A stretch of 64,000 bases of DNA, from assembly GCF_009914755.1 (NCBI RefSeq), contig NC_060942.1; one strand, written 5' to 3'. The notes under the pieces are model-generated. The model was given only the letters and a program-made list of their open reading frames with translations, ran no database searches and was not told the DNA's origin. The position numbers and the translations under genes are program-made. Shown one piece after another: positions 24,780 through 38,189 of this stretch (positions within the stretch are counted from its first letter, which is position 1; each line of letters begins with the position of its first letter). Source of the stretch: the human T2T-CHM13v2.0 reference genome, Homo sapiens.

Positions 24780-24960
24780 TCATGGCGCACACTCATGTTT
24801 TAGGCCATTTAATCCCCACATAGCCCTATGGGAAGGTTCCTTTAGCTTTTCCATTTGACAGTGGGTGACACACAGAAAGATAAAGAAACCAAGACAGGCT
24901 GCACATTTAACAAGCACAGAGTCAGGACTGGACCAGGCAGCCTGGCATCAGAAACTTTTC
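24780..24960 (-). mobile_element. MIR SINE
   Basis: catttaatccccacatagccctatggg...ccatttgacagtgggtgacac. Confidence 0.6.
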
Positions 24961-25049
24961 TCTTGAGACTCCTTTGCACTGCCTGTGTTTTCTGTTTCAC
25001 TCCTACTGAGATATTAATCACCTACCAAAACTCAAAATACCACGGGAAA

Positions 25050-25265
25050 CAGCATTCTGTGGTGGTTAAGAATATGGACTATGGATATAGAATGCCTGAG
25101 TTTACATCTCAGCTCCATCACTTAGCAGCTGTGTCACTTTGGGCATGTTACTTAACTTCTCAGTGCTTCATCTGTAACATAAGGATAATAATAATACTTC
25201 TTAGGGTTGCTTGAGGATGAGTTAATATATGTAAGGTAACCCGGCACATGTCCGTGTTAACTATT
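25050..25265 (+). mobile_element. MIR SINE
   Basis: gtggtggttaagaatatggact...cagctccatcacttagcagctgtgtcactttgggcatgttacttaac. Confidence 0.85.
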
Positions 25266-26334
25266 ATTATTATTATTTCATCTCACCTATCTGCAGCTGA
25301 ACTAGCACCAACGAATCTCATTATATGTGAACTGAATTAGGTTAAGCTCTGGGGTCAGATCCTGATCTCTTTATCTAGTGGTTGACAGTGTCACTCACTG
25401 TTGACAGGACAGCCTCTAACAGGGGTTATTGTCATCTCACGCAGTAGTGTTTCCTGTGGGTACAGAGAGTGGCTGCATGCATAAACCAAGGGCTTCTCAA
25501 CTTTCCAACATATTAATAATAAAATGAAAAGACAGAAAATCACACTTATTGACCAATTCCAAAGGAAATTCATTTTACTTTACCAAATTGTTACCAAAAT
25601 ATTTGCTTATTTCAACTCTGGAAAAATACCTTTGGGAGGATGAAAGGGTTGAACTTTTACTTTTTATGCTTCAAATAACTTCTAAACACAAGCCTGTTTG
25701 GTGAAAAGGGAAAAAACCTGTGAATGTCTCACTTTGCAAAAGAACAACAGGAAGCTCTGGTTGGCAAGGTTTTACATGCACTTCAGAGAGTTTAAGGTCA
25801 AGGTGCAGAAGGGCTAGTGAGGAACTGGAGCTGAGGCTGAGCTTGTGGCTTAAGGGGTGGGTGCTAGATTTCTGCCTGCTTAGGAGGGGCTGTGCCTCTC
25901 CCTTCTCCCTTGGCCAGCTGCTCACAGGAACTTCTTTTTCTGGAGCCTTGTAGAAGATTCATCGTGGTCCCAGCACTTACACATCTGAGCCAGCTCAGGC
26001 TGGATGGAAAGTTTTGAGGGCCACCTATTCCTAAATATTCAGGAGGAGAAAAGAAAATCCCTTGCAAATGACAGGAAAAAGCCATCCTTTCTCAATACTT
26101 AAACATGATATTATGATTCCTGGAAACCACAACAAAAAAACAGAACAACATTCACTCTGTCTCAAAAATTCAAATAGGCACAAGGCAATGACATATGGTA
26201 GTTTTTGTTTCTCACAGAACTGAGATCTGCAGTTCTCAAGGACTTTCTGGATGGTGACTACAGCCAGGGGCAATGAGGTCAGCATGGCTGGGGCTTTCCG
26301 GTCACTGGTGGGCAGAGGAGCACAGGGAGCATGT

Positions 26335-26740
26335 ACTGGGGTTGGATCTATAGGCTGGGAGCCAGCAGGCCTGCACTCAAATGCAGTTCTACCACTTTCT
26401 ACTTGTGGGGTTTGCTGATAAGGCCTCTCTGCCTCAGTTCCTCAGCTGCAAAGTAGGGAGAATAATAGTATTTGGCTCCCAGGGTGGCTGTGAGCGTTAA
26501 ATGAATGAAGACATAGCAAGGTGTTCAATACCTTGCACGGGTCAGCTATTTAGTTAATGTTATTTATTATTGTTGTGCTCTGATCCTACTTGTGCAATCA
26601 GGGGAATGCCATTAACCTCTTTTTGTCCTTGTTTCTCCCTTATAAAATGGAATAAAAATACTTCTTTTGGGGCTGTTGTAAAGTTTAAATGGAATAGTGT
26701 ACAAATTGGCATTTATTGAGTTGGGTTCAATAAGTGGTAG
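26335..26740 (+). mobile_element. Two tandem MIR fragments
   Basis: ctctctgcctcagttcctcagctgcaaagtaggga; ttaacctcttttt...gtttctcccttataaaatgga. Confidence 0.7.
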
Positions 26741-26959
26741 CCTTCCCAGGAAGGATCGTTTGGGAGTCTTCTACACCTTAGATTCCCCATGAGATCTTTT
26801 CAAAGGCAAATCTGATAACACATCTTTTCTTCCTGGAGAAGCCAAGGTTTGATCCTTGCTCAGAGCAGCTTGAAGCAGCAGTGAGTGAGTAAAGCTGGCA
26901 GCCCTCCAGCTGAGAGAGGAAACCTGAACAAAACCATGGAAGGAAGTATCTAGAAGGCT

Positions 26960-27120
26960 TTATGCAGTGCTAGGCACACTTCTAAGGATGTGATAACTTA
27001 GTTCAACCTCACACACTCTTACAAGCTGGAACTACTATCATTTCCATTTTGCAGGTGATGAAACTGGATTCAAACCCAAGTCATCTGGCCCTGGAGTCTG
27101 TGTCCTGGGCATAACACACT
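26960..27120 (-). mobile_element. MIR SINE
   Basis: ccattttgcaggtgatgaaactggattcaaacccaagtcatctggccctggagtc. Confidence 0.7.
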
Positions 27121-28519
27121 GCCCTGGCATAGGAACTTTCCGAGGAGATAGGAGGCTGAGATCATGGTGGGGAAATGAGCAGAAAGGCTGGTGGGAGTGC
27201 TGTGAACACCAGGCCAACCTTCAATTTAAAACAATTCCTTCAAGGAAACACAGCTCCAACTATTCCTTGTCAGCAGAGCAGCTGCACACAGTCCCTTGTC
27301 CTGTATGTCCTGATAATCGTCCTTTTCCACTTCCTCTCTCCCTGGCCGACTTATTGATACCGACGTGGACAAATGAGGTCAGAAAACTTCAGTGACCGCA
27401 CACAGTGTCCTTCTCTATGGGTCACTCGCTCACAAGGTCAGCACAACAAACCCTCCTGCTGCAAGGATTGTCCCTGGGAAGCTGGGGGAGGAGCCTGCGT
27501 GCTTCCGCGTCTCCCTTGACTCCTGCCTGTCCGAGGCCAGAATGGGACTGCGCTGATTAGAGAGGGAGCAATTCTGGAGGGCAGGAGTGAGGTGGAGGAG
27601 GTGACCCTGAGCTAGGCAGAAGATCACGTAGGAGGCTGTTCACTGAAATGAGCTTTTGCACTTGGAACATTACATAATCAGAGAACACCTTGTTACCTTG
27701 TTTTGGTAATAATTAAGAGTTCAAATCAATCACCTTTCCATTCATTATTTTTAAAACGACAGATGTCAGAAATCTAAACCTTGTTTTTACTGTTTTGGGG
27801 GATGCGGGGAAGCGAGATTAGCCAGCCTCTGAATCACCCACCCACATGTGGTACATTCCTTGGGGTAATTAGAAGATTGTATGTTCCTCTTTCCAGAGAT
27901 ACTTGAAGAATCATACTGTAAATTTGTGTAACATTTTATAAATTATTTTGCGTACATTTTTAGGAGATGAGAAATCATTTTGTTTCAGATTAAAAACTCT
28001 CTCAAAATAAAATCTAAATATCTCTTCCTGGACATAGCTTTTTTCAGACTGCAACTGCAGAATGGGGCTTTTTTCTATCTCTCTTTATTTAAAGATCACA
28101 TAAATTTTAAGAAAAGAAAGCCACTGGTTTTAGGAGTCTAAGAGCAAAGATTTAGAAAGAAGAAAGAATACGCCTTTGGAAGATCTGCATACTTTGGAAA
28201 TGAAGAGAGTTTTATTTCTTAGAGACAGGAGGAAGATTTATAGATTTATGTTTCCTCCATAAGACAAATGACCGAAGCGCACGTTGTTGGTTTTTTTCAG
28301 CACTAAATCTAATCAATAACCTTTGTTACGAAAGAAACAAATAATCGCTAAAGTTTAGTAAAGGTATAAAATTCACTAGGTTCTAGTGTTCGGGTTATTT
28401 GAAACGTGTGTGTGTGTCTCTCTCTCTAGAGCTGTGCTTTAGCTAATTCCTGTTAAATAGTTATGGAGTATTTTTTTCTTTTTGCTACGAGCCTTGCAAC
28501 ATATGAGACAAATCAGACA

Positions 28520-28700
28520 AGTTTAGAATCACAGAATGTTAGGGCTGGAGAGGACCTGGCGCTAGCCGCGTGCCCAGAGTTTACAGTTGAGACGTTGAGG
28601 CCCCCAGAGCTGCTGAGACTTGCCCAGTGTCACCTAGCTGCTGAGGCCCGGGGACCTCGTTGTCGCATCCGACCTGGGGCGTGCGCAGCTCTAATTCTCC
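28520..28700 (-). mobile_element. MIR-family relic at the CpG-island edge
   Basis: agaatcacagaatgttagggctggagaggacc...tttacagttgagacgttgaggccc...gacttgcccagtgtcac. Confidence 0.6.
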
Positions 28701-28849
28701 GCTCTGAATGCTGGCCCTGGAGTTGCCCCTGCTCTCTCACAGCTCAATACTTGGGGACCAAACTCTCTCTCTTTCTGCTCCCCTCACCCCCACCAAGCGC
28801 CGTACCCACCTCCCTCGCTATCAAACAAAAGCTCCAGGCATTGGAAACG

Positions 28850-29720
28850 TTTCCCCGCCGGGAGCGCCAGGGTCCGGCCGCGCTGCGGGGTCGGTCTGCG
28901 CGCGCGGCGGGGTGGTGGGCGCGTCTGGCCGCCCGGGTCTTCAGGCGCGCAGCGACGCCGGCCCGGGCCGCCGGTCTCAGCGCCCGGCTCCGGCTGGGCG
29001 GCCCCGGACGCGCCGAGCCAGGCTCGCGGGGGTCAAGTCCAGGTTGCGGCGCAGGAAGGCGGCGGGGGAGGGGCGGGCCGGCCGCGCCCTCACCCCCTCT
29101 TCTCCGCGCCCAGTGCGGAATGTTGGGCCGGTTCCCTCGGTGTGGTATGTCTGTATAAACATCGTTAGCCTCCGGGCCGACACGTGGTGCATTTTTAATT
29201 TCGCCTTACAAATTGCGGCCTCCTGGCGCTGGAGAAGCGGTGGGGGACCTTGACTCCCCGCCTTTCGGGTGCATTCCTGGGCTCCCGGCTGCCTAGACAC
29301 GAAAGGGTGCTGTGCTTCCTGGCTTCGCAGCGCACCTCATTTGTAACATTATCTGTGCTAGGGAGTCAGTCTTTCCTACTTACCTGGAACTGGCAAAACG
29401 TGGCTGCATGGTAGGGTTGACTCTTAATCTCCCGGGGCGGGAGCAGAGCGCAGAATCCTCTTTCCACTCTATGTTCGCAACCACAAGCCCCGACAAGCGG
29501 CGCTGGCTGCTCCGTCCCGTCTGCGGGCCGCGGCTGCTCCGTCCCGTCTGCGGGCCCCAGGACCATGCGCTTCCCCGCGTCGCCCTCACCTGCGTCCCCA
29601 CCACCTTTCCATAGCGCTCAGTCCTCTCCCACCTCCCCGTCTCGCTCACTTAGCGCACAGAGCCTCATCCGGAACCGCCCCAAACCCAAACCCTTTAAAA
29701 ATCGATTTCGGCATCCCTCA
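28850..29720. promoter_or_regulatory. CpG island, probable (bidirectional) promoter
   Basis: Very high GC and CpG density, GC boxes gggcgg (~28996, ~29071), tgcgcgcgc (~28897), E-box cacgtg (~29180), donors GTG|gtatgt (+, 29144/5) and CAG|GTAAGT (-, 29384/3). Confidence 0.9.
29505..29556. repeat. Two copies of a 25 bp GC-rich unit (period 27)
   Basis: ggctgctccgtcccgtctgcgggcc at 29505 and 29532. Confidence 0.95.
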
Positions 29721-30646
29721 ATTCTCTGCTTTCTTCTTCCTGGCAGGAGGGGAATCATGCTCCTTACTTGGGAGGTTGTATTTTGAGGCAGATCATACAA
29801 ATGACAAAGATGGAAATCCCTCAGAGCCTATGGCAGTTTTGACTTTAAACATGAGGCGAGTTAACAAGGCAAGCAGCGATAAATTCAGCCCAGGGCACGA
29901 CCCAGCACTAAATCCTCCCTTACAGTGTCCAGATTTCTGGCCAAGTTGTCAATGTGATGCCCTCTTTCTCCACTGGCCTCCTCAACTCCCTTTTAGGTTG
30001 TGTTGTTTTTGTTGGTTCACTTTTGTTTTACTGCCAAGTTATCTCTGCCACCACTCCCCACCGCCCTCATTTTCTGATTCTGTTTTCCAAGTTTCTTACG
30101 CATGACCAGAATAACACACCCCACGCTTCTCCTGCTAAATCCCTCAAACTGCTGCCCTAGTAGAAATTTTGAAACAAGTTCGTGGCAGAACATTTTGTTC
30201 ATTCCCCTACATGAGCTGCTGAAAGATGGAAGAACATGGTATTTGCTGGGAATGAAAACATGGGAAAAGCTTTTGGAACCGACACCGCTATATTCTTTTT
30301 GTCCCTTGCACAAGGTAATCGTGTATCCTTCACATTCTATATAAAAACAACCTACAAAAAACATGTAGCCCCCCGCCACTGGAGATGATCAGTACTGGGC
30401 AGGGTTAACCAAGAAGCACTTAGTGTGCCTGAGTAAATAGTGCGGGAAGGATGACAGCATGTTAGACTAATAGGCTGATCATAGCGATAAACTTGTCCCA
30501 AAGATTCTTTCCGCTTTACGTTGAACAGTTACTTTGCTTCAAAGGAAATGGGTAAATGGTGTTGGTTTTATGGCCTGGAACCCTCTACTCAGACAGCTAC
30601 ACAACAAGCCTGCATTAAACGTTGTGTTATCTTCCTGCTCCGTCAG

Positions 30647-30824
30647 ATTTAGAAAGAAATAATATTATTACATACACCATAGTTTATTTCCCTCTTGATG
30701 TTCTACAAAAGGAAGGAGATCAAGTTACACGCGGAATAAGTGCTCCATGGAATAAATGGTCCACAAGGTAGAAGTAAGCAGATGATTCTGCCTGCCTACC
30801 TGACAGTGGTGGGGATTATACAAG
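30647..30824 (+). ncRNA. Candidate lncRNA exon (178 nt)
   Basis: Acceptor tatcttcctgctccgtcag| and donor AAG|gtaaga; non-repeat sequence 1.5 kb downstream of the CpG-island donor. Confidence 0.35.
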
Positions 30825-30929
30825 GTAAGAAATAAAAAGAAAATGAGGATTTTCCCAAACACATAAAGGTTCTTTAAGCCTCACTCTGTTTCATGCTTTT
30901 GCTTTTGCTCAGCCGTAATAATAATGATA

Positions 30930-31450
30930 GTGATAATAATGGTAACTGCTAACATTTGCCAAATAGTTATGATGTACTGAGCCCTGTGCTAAGCCCTTGC
31001 ATACATGATCTTATTTAATTCTCACAGAACTTCAGTGGGGTGGGTCCCTTTTATCCCAATTTTATAGGTAAAGAAATGGAGTCAGAAAGAGCTTATGTAA
31101 CTTGCCCAAGGTCACACTGCAAGGAAACAGAAGTGAATTTAAAGTACTACTTTTAGCCCCTGTACACTTCTGCCTCCTATGTGATTTCATGCTGAAAAGC
31201 CGTTGGCAAAATCAATCAAGAAATGAAATCAGCTCTATTAAACGTTGGATTCTGAAAATAGTTACTATTAACCATTAATGGGGCACTTAGTATGAGCTGC
31301 TCCTCAAGGTAGTTGTGTAGTATCATCCCCAATTTGAGGAGGACGCACCAAAGGCTTGAACAAGCTGAATGACTTTCTGAAGTTCATGTGGTGGCAGAGC
31401 TGGTGTTTGAACCCAGATCTTTTCACTCCTGAGCCTGGACTTTTAACCTT
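30930..31450 (-). mobile_element. Two MIR elements
   Basis: cttatttaattctcacag...gtaacttgcccaaggtcacac; gtggtggcagagctggtgtttgaacccagatc. Confidence 0.8.
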
Positions 31451-31493
31451 GCTGCTGTGTGTGGTATCCTCTGCTCCCTGGCACGTGTCGCTT

Positions 31494-31541
31494 TGTGTGT
31501 GTGTGTGTGTGCGTGCGTGCGTGTGTGTGTGTGTGTGTGTG
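31494..31541. repeat. (TG)n/(CGTG)n alternating purine-pyrimidine microsatellite
   Basis: tgtgtgtgtgtgtgtgtgcgtgcgtgcgtgtgtg... Confidence 0.95.
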
Positions 31542-31645
31542 TTGGGGGAAGGGAGATGGAGAAGTCCACGTAGGCTGAGCAGCAAGAAAGAAGCCTTTTT
31601 CTCCAATAATCTGTAGCCCTCCTTCAAATCCTATCAAGTGACTGA

Positions 31646-32120
<475 letters not shown>

Positions 32121-32629
32121 ATCACTATCATTATTTTTATGGTTGAGCAAAAGCAACGGCACTAAACAAAGTGAGGCTTAAAGAACCTTCATGTGTTTGG
32201 GAAAAGTTTCAGAAGACAGGAGCTCTGGGGATTGCCCTTAAAGGGCAAGTCAGGTTTGGGTGGTGGGAGATGAAGGGGCACCAGCTTTGCAAAGAGCTCG
32301 AGGTAGAAACTGGCAGGGCAGTGACAGAAGAGTTTGGCTGACCCGGGATTTGGTTCAAGGCTTATAGCTGAGCCTGGCATCACATCCTCTTCATTATTGA
32401 CTCCGAACTTGTGTCTAGCACAATGTGTGGCAAGTAAATGCTGAGTAAATGTCAAGGTGAAGAGAATTGAGATAAATCAGCTGAACCTCTGCACGCAGCC
32501 TGAGACGACCCCCACTGCCTCCCTCGCTCCTCTCCCGTCACTGCTCTGGGCCTAGCCTCCTTCACTCTTCTTTGCCTGCTTGTCTTGGATTCATCAGTTC
32601 CTTGCCACAAACAAAACCTTTTTTAAAAA

Positions 32630-34380
32630 AAGGTTTTATTTTATTTTTAACTGACACATAATAATTGTATATATTTGTGGGGTACAATGTGATGTTTCGA
32701 TAGATGTATACATTGTGTAATGATCAAATCAGGGTAATTAGCAAATTCATCACCTCCAACATTTATCATTTCTTTGTGGTAAGAACATTCAGAATCCTCT
32801 CTTCTAGCTATTTTGAAATGTACAGTACATTATTGTTAACTGTAGTTACTCTGCTGCGCAATAGGATACCAGAACTTACTCCTCTTATCTAACTATAACT
32901 TTGTACCAGCCTCTTTCCACCTCCTCCTCCCCTCTACCTTCCCCAGCCTCTGGTAACCACTTTTCCGCTCTCTTCTTCTATGAGACCAACTATTTTAGAG
33001 CCCACATCTGAGTGAGACCATGCAGTATTGGTCTTTCTGTGCCTGGCTTATTTCACTGAACATAATATCTTCAGGCTCACACATGTTGTCTCAAATGACA
33101 GGATTTTATTCTTTTTTATGGCTAAATAGTATTCCATGTGTGTATATATACCACATTTTCTTCATTCCTTCATCCATCTGGTAATGAACACTTAGGTTGA
33201 TTACATATCTCTGCTACTGTGAATAGTGCCACAGTAAACATGGGAGTGTAGACACCTCTTCTACATACTGATTCAATTTCCTCTGGATGTGTATCCAGTA
33301 ATGGGATTGCTGAATCATATGATAGTTCTATTTTTAATTTTTTGAGAAATCTCGATACAGTTTTCATAATGGCTGTACTAATTTACATTCCCACCAACAG
33401 CGTGCAGGGGTTCACTTTTCTCCATATCATTGCCAACACTTGTTATTTTTTTGTCTTTTTGATCATAGCCATTCTAACTGGAATGAGATACTATCTTACT
33501 GAGGTTATTCTGTTTACATTTCTCTGATGATTAATGGTGAACATTTTTTTATATACCTCCTTGCCATTTGTATGTCTGCTTTTGAAAAATGTCTATTCAG
33601 ATCTTTTTCCCATTTTTAAAATGGATTATTATTATTATTTTTTGCTATTGAGTTGTTTTTGTTCCTTTTATATTCTGGTTATTGACTCCTTGTCAGATGT
33701 CTGGTTTGCATATATTTTTTCCCATTCTGTAGGTTTCTCTTCACTCTGTCGATTGTTTTCTTTGCTGTCAGGAGGCTTCGTAGTTTGATGTAATCCCATT
33801 TGTCTATTTTTGCTTTTGCTGCCTGTGCTTTTGAGGTCTTATCCAAAAAAATCCTTGCCTAGACCAATGTCATGTAGTGATTCCCCTAAGTTTTCTTCTA
33901 GAAGTTTTATAGTTTTGGGTCTTACATTTAAGCCTTTACTCATTTTGAGTTGTTTCTTTTGTATGGTGGGAGATAGGGTTCTAGTTTAATTCTTCTGCAT
34001 GTGGATATTCATTTTCCCCAGCACCATTGATTAAAGAGGTTGCCCTTTCCCCAATGTGTGTTCTTGGCCCCTTTGTCAAAAATCAGTTGTCTGTAGACAT
34101 GTGGATTTATTTTGGGGCTCTCTATTCTGTTCCAGTGGTCTATTTGTCTGTTTATATGTCAGGATCTTGCTGTTTTGGTTATTATAGCTTTGTATATTTT
34201 GAAGTCAGGTAGTGTGATGCCTTCAGCTTTGTTCTTTTTTGCTTAAGATTGCTTTGTATATTCAGTGTCTTTTGTGATTCCATACAAATTTTAGAATTGT
34301 TTTTTCTATTTCTGTGAAGAACGTCATTGGTATTTTGATAGGGATTTCACTGAATCTGTTGATTGCTTTGGGTAGCAGAC
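32630..34380 (-). mobile_element. L1 (L1MA-like) 3' UTR plus ORF2 end
   Basis: ggggtacaatgtgatgttt...ttcccaccaacag...gtcattggtattttgatagggatt. Confidence 0.9.
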
Positions 34381-34384
34381 ATTT

Positions 34385-35100
34385 TTATTTTAGTTTAGTT
34401 TAATTTTTATAGATTTAAAACAAGTGCAGTTTTGCTACATGGATATATTGCATAGTGGCTAAGCCTGGGCTTTTAGTGTAACCATCACCTGAATAGTGTA
34501 CATTGTGTCTATTAGGTCACGTCTCATCTCTAACCCCTTCCACCCTCCTATCTTTCTGAGTCTTCAGTGTTTATTGTTTTCTCACTCTATGTCTGTGTGT
34601 AGCCATTGTTTGGTTCCCACTTATAAGTGAGAAGATGCAGTTTTTGACCTTCTGTTTCTGAGTCATTTCATTTAAGATGATGGCCTCCAGTTCCATCCAT
34701 GTTACTGTAAAAGACATTATTTCATTCTTTTTTTATAGCTGAGTAGTATTCCATGGTATATATACCACATTTTCTTTAATCATCTATTGTTCAGTACTTA
34801 GGTTGATTCTATATCTTTGCTATTGTGAATAATCATACGGGTGCAGGTGTCTTTTTCGTAGAATGACTTCTGTTCCTTTGGGTAGATACTGAGTAGTGGG
34901 ACTGCTGGATTGAATGGTAGTTCTATTTTTATTTCTTTGAGAAATCTCCATATTCTTTTCCTTAGAGGTTTACTAATTTATATTTGCACCAACAATGTGT
35001 AAGCATTCCCTTTTCACCACATCCTCACCAACATCTGTTATTTTTTCAACTTTTTAATAAGAGCCATCCTGACTGGTGTAAGATGGCATCTCAGTGTGGT
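34385..35100 (-). mobile_element. Second L1 3' end (L1PB/L1MA-like)
   Basis: gtgcagttttgctacatggatatattgcatagtgg...tcccacttataagtgaga...catcctcaccaacatctgtt. Confidence 0.85.
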
Positions 35101-35129
35101 ATTAAAGTGATGATGGAAAGAGGTGTAAA

Positions 35130-35350
35130 CATGCACATAGCTCTCTTTGTGTGTGTCAGCCACTGTTCTAAGCATTTTATATGCATTAATTAGTTTAATC
35201 TTCTACAAAATAAACATGCTGATGATCCTCACCTTACAGGGAAGAAAACTGAGGCACAGAACTTAAGTAATCTGCTAAAGTCACTCTGTGAATTAGGGAC
35301 TGAGTTTGACTAAAACTCAGGCAGTCTGGCTTCAGTGCCTGTGCTCTTCA
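35130..35350 (-). mobile_element. MIR SINE
   Basis: cactgttctaagcattttatatgcattaatt...gaaaactgaggcacag. Confidence 0.8.
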
Positions 35351-36639
35351 CCATTTACTTACCGCTTTTAAAAAGTAGCTGCACAATGCTCCAACTGCAT
35401 CCAAGCCTCACACGCCACCTCTTTGATGTGTGTAATTCAGACCTTCAGATCAGACAAGTAAACGTCAAAACTTCTAGACTCCAGGAGTTTTAAGATGTGC
35501 TGACTCTCCATCCTGCCCTTTTTCTATCTCTCTCCCACTCCCTATCTCTTGTCTTTCAGCTTTCTTAGAATTTTTAATTCTTCTTACTCTTAATCATCAT
35601 GGAATAGCACCAAGTTCAGGCATCCAACTATGCCCTTTTGAAATTCCCATAGAGAGCATCACGCAACTCCAGGCCTGACCGTTATGAAGCTATTTTTACT
35701 GACAAAGTCTTTGTGAGAATGAGCCCCACATTCAGTGTTCTAAGCATCCTATCCGGGACATGAAACCATAAGGGGAGCTTTGCCACACTCGGAACTCATC
35801 TGCTTTCCTGTCCATCAGTCAGAATCTTGCAGAAGCTTAGGGTGAATGAGTGCCCTCTTCTAATTTTCAAGAAATGGAGAGAGTTACCAGCCAGTTTCAC
35901 CACCTCAAGCTGATAGTGCAATTGTAGAGAGATCTGAGTGGTTCCTTAAAAAATGGAAACAGGAAGCAGCTACAGATGAAATTTTGGACTCCCAAATGCA
36001 AGTTAATACATCAAGCAGATGTACGGAATGTGACCATGAACCGGTGTTCCTCTAAATACACTTAATAGCACGGCCAAATTTGAACTTCCTGCATTCCCTT
36101 GCAAGCATCCTTCCAAATCTGGCCTTTCAGTGACGTTGGTGAGTGGAACATTTTTAGGATTTAGGGACATTGTGCTAGAGTGGAGGCCAAAAAAACATGA
36201 TAGAGAAAAATGACATTAAGCAGCTACAAGATGATCCAGGGAAAGGGATGTGTCATTCTAATGTTGAAAACGTCCTCTGATAAGTGCGTGAAGTTTCCTG
36301 GACATTGAACAAGAATAGGAAATGGTTTGCAGAAGACCTATTCACATAGTAACTATTGAGTATTCTGATCCAATGTGTTGGTGGATTAGTGGTCAAGATG
36401 AGAATAGGAATTTATAGCGGTTTAAAGTTGTGGTCCCAGATTTATATCAACGCCTCATTAGCTGAAGAGATGGACCATAGGCAGGCTCATTTAGGCAAAG
36501 CAAGGAACAGTTCGAGGGATCTCCTAAATCCTTGAGATAAAAGTCGCTGAAACAGTATTCAGGCACCTTCCTCAATGCTGGGAAGTCAGTAAGTGTTGTA
36601 TTTCTGCCAGTTCTAGAAATAAATACAATACCTTGCATC

Positions 36640-36830
36640 TTACTTTGATCCTGTGATCTCACTTCACCCTTCACAACAACCCCATGAGGTAGGTAGCTTG
36701 TAATATCCTTAATGTTTATTTTAGAGATGAAAAATAGTCATAGGGAGATTGAGGAGCTCTGTTCAGGCTTCAGAGTTGTTTATTTAGAGAGCTGGGCCTG
36801 GAACCCAGGCCTTCCCACTGCCTGGTTCAT
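36640..36830 (-). mobile_element. MIR SINE
   Basis: cttcacaacaaccccatgaggtagg...attttagagatgaaaaa...agagctgggcctggaacccagg. Confidence 0.7.
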
Positions 36831-37307
36831 ATGTCTCCAACATGCACAACATTCTCCAACATGCACTACGCATTCTGTTCAAGTTTGTCAGTACAGTTAA
36901 TGTAAAATGTGTCTGAGAATGATGGGGATCTTGGTAATATCTGACTATTGGGGGGAAGTAAAGATAGCGAGTAGAACCCTCACACCTGGAAATGATATTC
37001 TGCTGGCTCCCAGAAGCTCTCATGGCGAGGATAAAGGTTGAACTGTGAGCACTCGGCCCGCGGGAGTCCTTGAACAAGTCAGGAGGGGAGTTCAGGTCCG
37101 TTCACTCCCATGGCATGTTCATTTCGTTTGTCCCCATAGCTGTCTCTAAGTGAGGATAAGGTCTGTGATTCATGAGTTGCTAAAGTCTGTGGAGGAAACT
37201 ACTCTTATATAAACACCACTGATGCTGAATAGCTTTAGAAAACCAATTATTCAAAGTTGACTTTTATAGTACTTTGAAACCTAATTTGCTGTCATTCCAC
37301 ATCTCTA

Positions 37308-37410
37308 TTCTTTCCCTTTCTTTGAGTTCTTTCTTTCCTTCTCTCCCTCCCTCCCTCCTTCCTTCCCTCCCTCCCTCCTTCCTTCCTTCCTTTCTTCCTT
37401 CCTTCCTTTT
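37308..37410. repeat. Polypyrimidine (CCTT/CCCT)n tract
   Basis: ctccctccctccctccttccttccctccctccctccttccttccttcc. Confidence 0.9.
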
Positions 37411-38189
37411 TGCAAATACCCAAGTATCAATAGCTTCAGAGGTAATGTCTTGCTCACATCAGATCAAAGTTGAGTATTTCTGATCAGCAGATGGCTCTCC
37501 TCCAAGCAGCAACAGGGCACAGGCTGTCCATACGTGGGCTCTGTAGCATCCGGGCTCCCCATCAACATGAGGGAGGCTTCCTGGGTCACGGTGCTCACCT
37601 TCACCAAGCCGGCAAAAGTGAAAAGAGCCTGCAGCATTGCACGTGGGGAGGCTACTGTGGACTTCTCTGGGAATGGCATGGGTGACTCCTGCTCTCATCC
37701 CATTTACTAGAATTTGGTCAAGGTTCACACCTCCTGTGGTGGGCTCTGGGAAGCATCTATCTGTGTGCCGGGAAAGCAGGAGCCAGGTTTGGAGAAGAGC
37801 TGGCGGTGTGCTTGCTAGCTAGCAGGTAGATGAAGTCTCTTTCTAACAGAGCTGTGTTTGGCCATGAGTCACAGAAGCAATATCAGGACACACAGGATAA
37901 CAACAATATGTAAAGATGAACCACTTACTTTGAATAAGCCCCCAAATGGTACAGATGTCCTCTACTGCAAGTAGGCAATTTTAAATTGAAAAAAAATTTT
38001 CAAATACTACAGCTCTTGAAAGAAAATACACAAAAAGCAGGTAAGTCAAAAATTAAAACCCATTGAGAACCACCCTACCATTTTGATCTATTTCTTATAT
38101 AAGAATTTTAATTATTAAAATAATTTTATTTAAGATGTTTTATAATCCCATTGCCAAATAAACTATATTTCTATTTATACTTAAACGTA

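Noticed and set aside
28463-29253. Longest ORFs (231 aa and 181 aa) across the CpG island
   Set aside because: Arg/Gly/Ala/Pro-rich frames are expected by chance in GC-rich DNA. The first begins in MIR-derived sequence, several overlapping frames are open, and no domain is recognisable.
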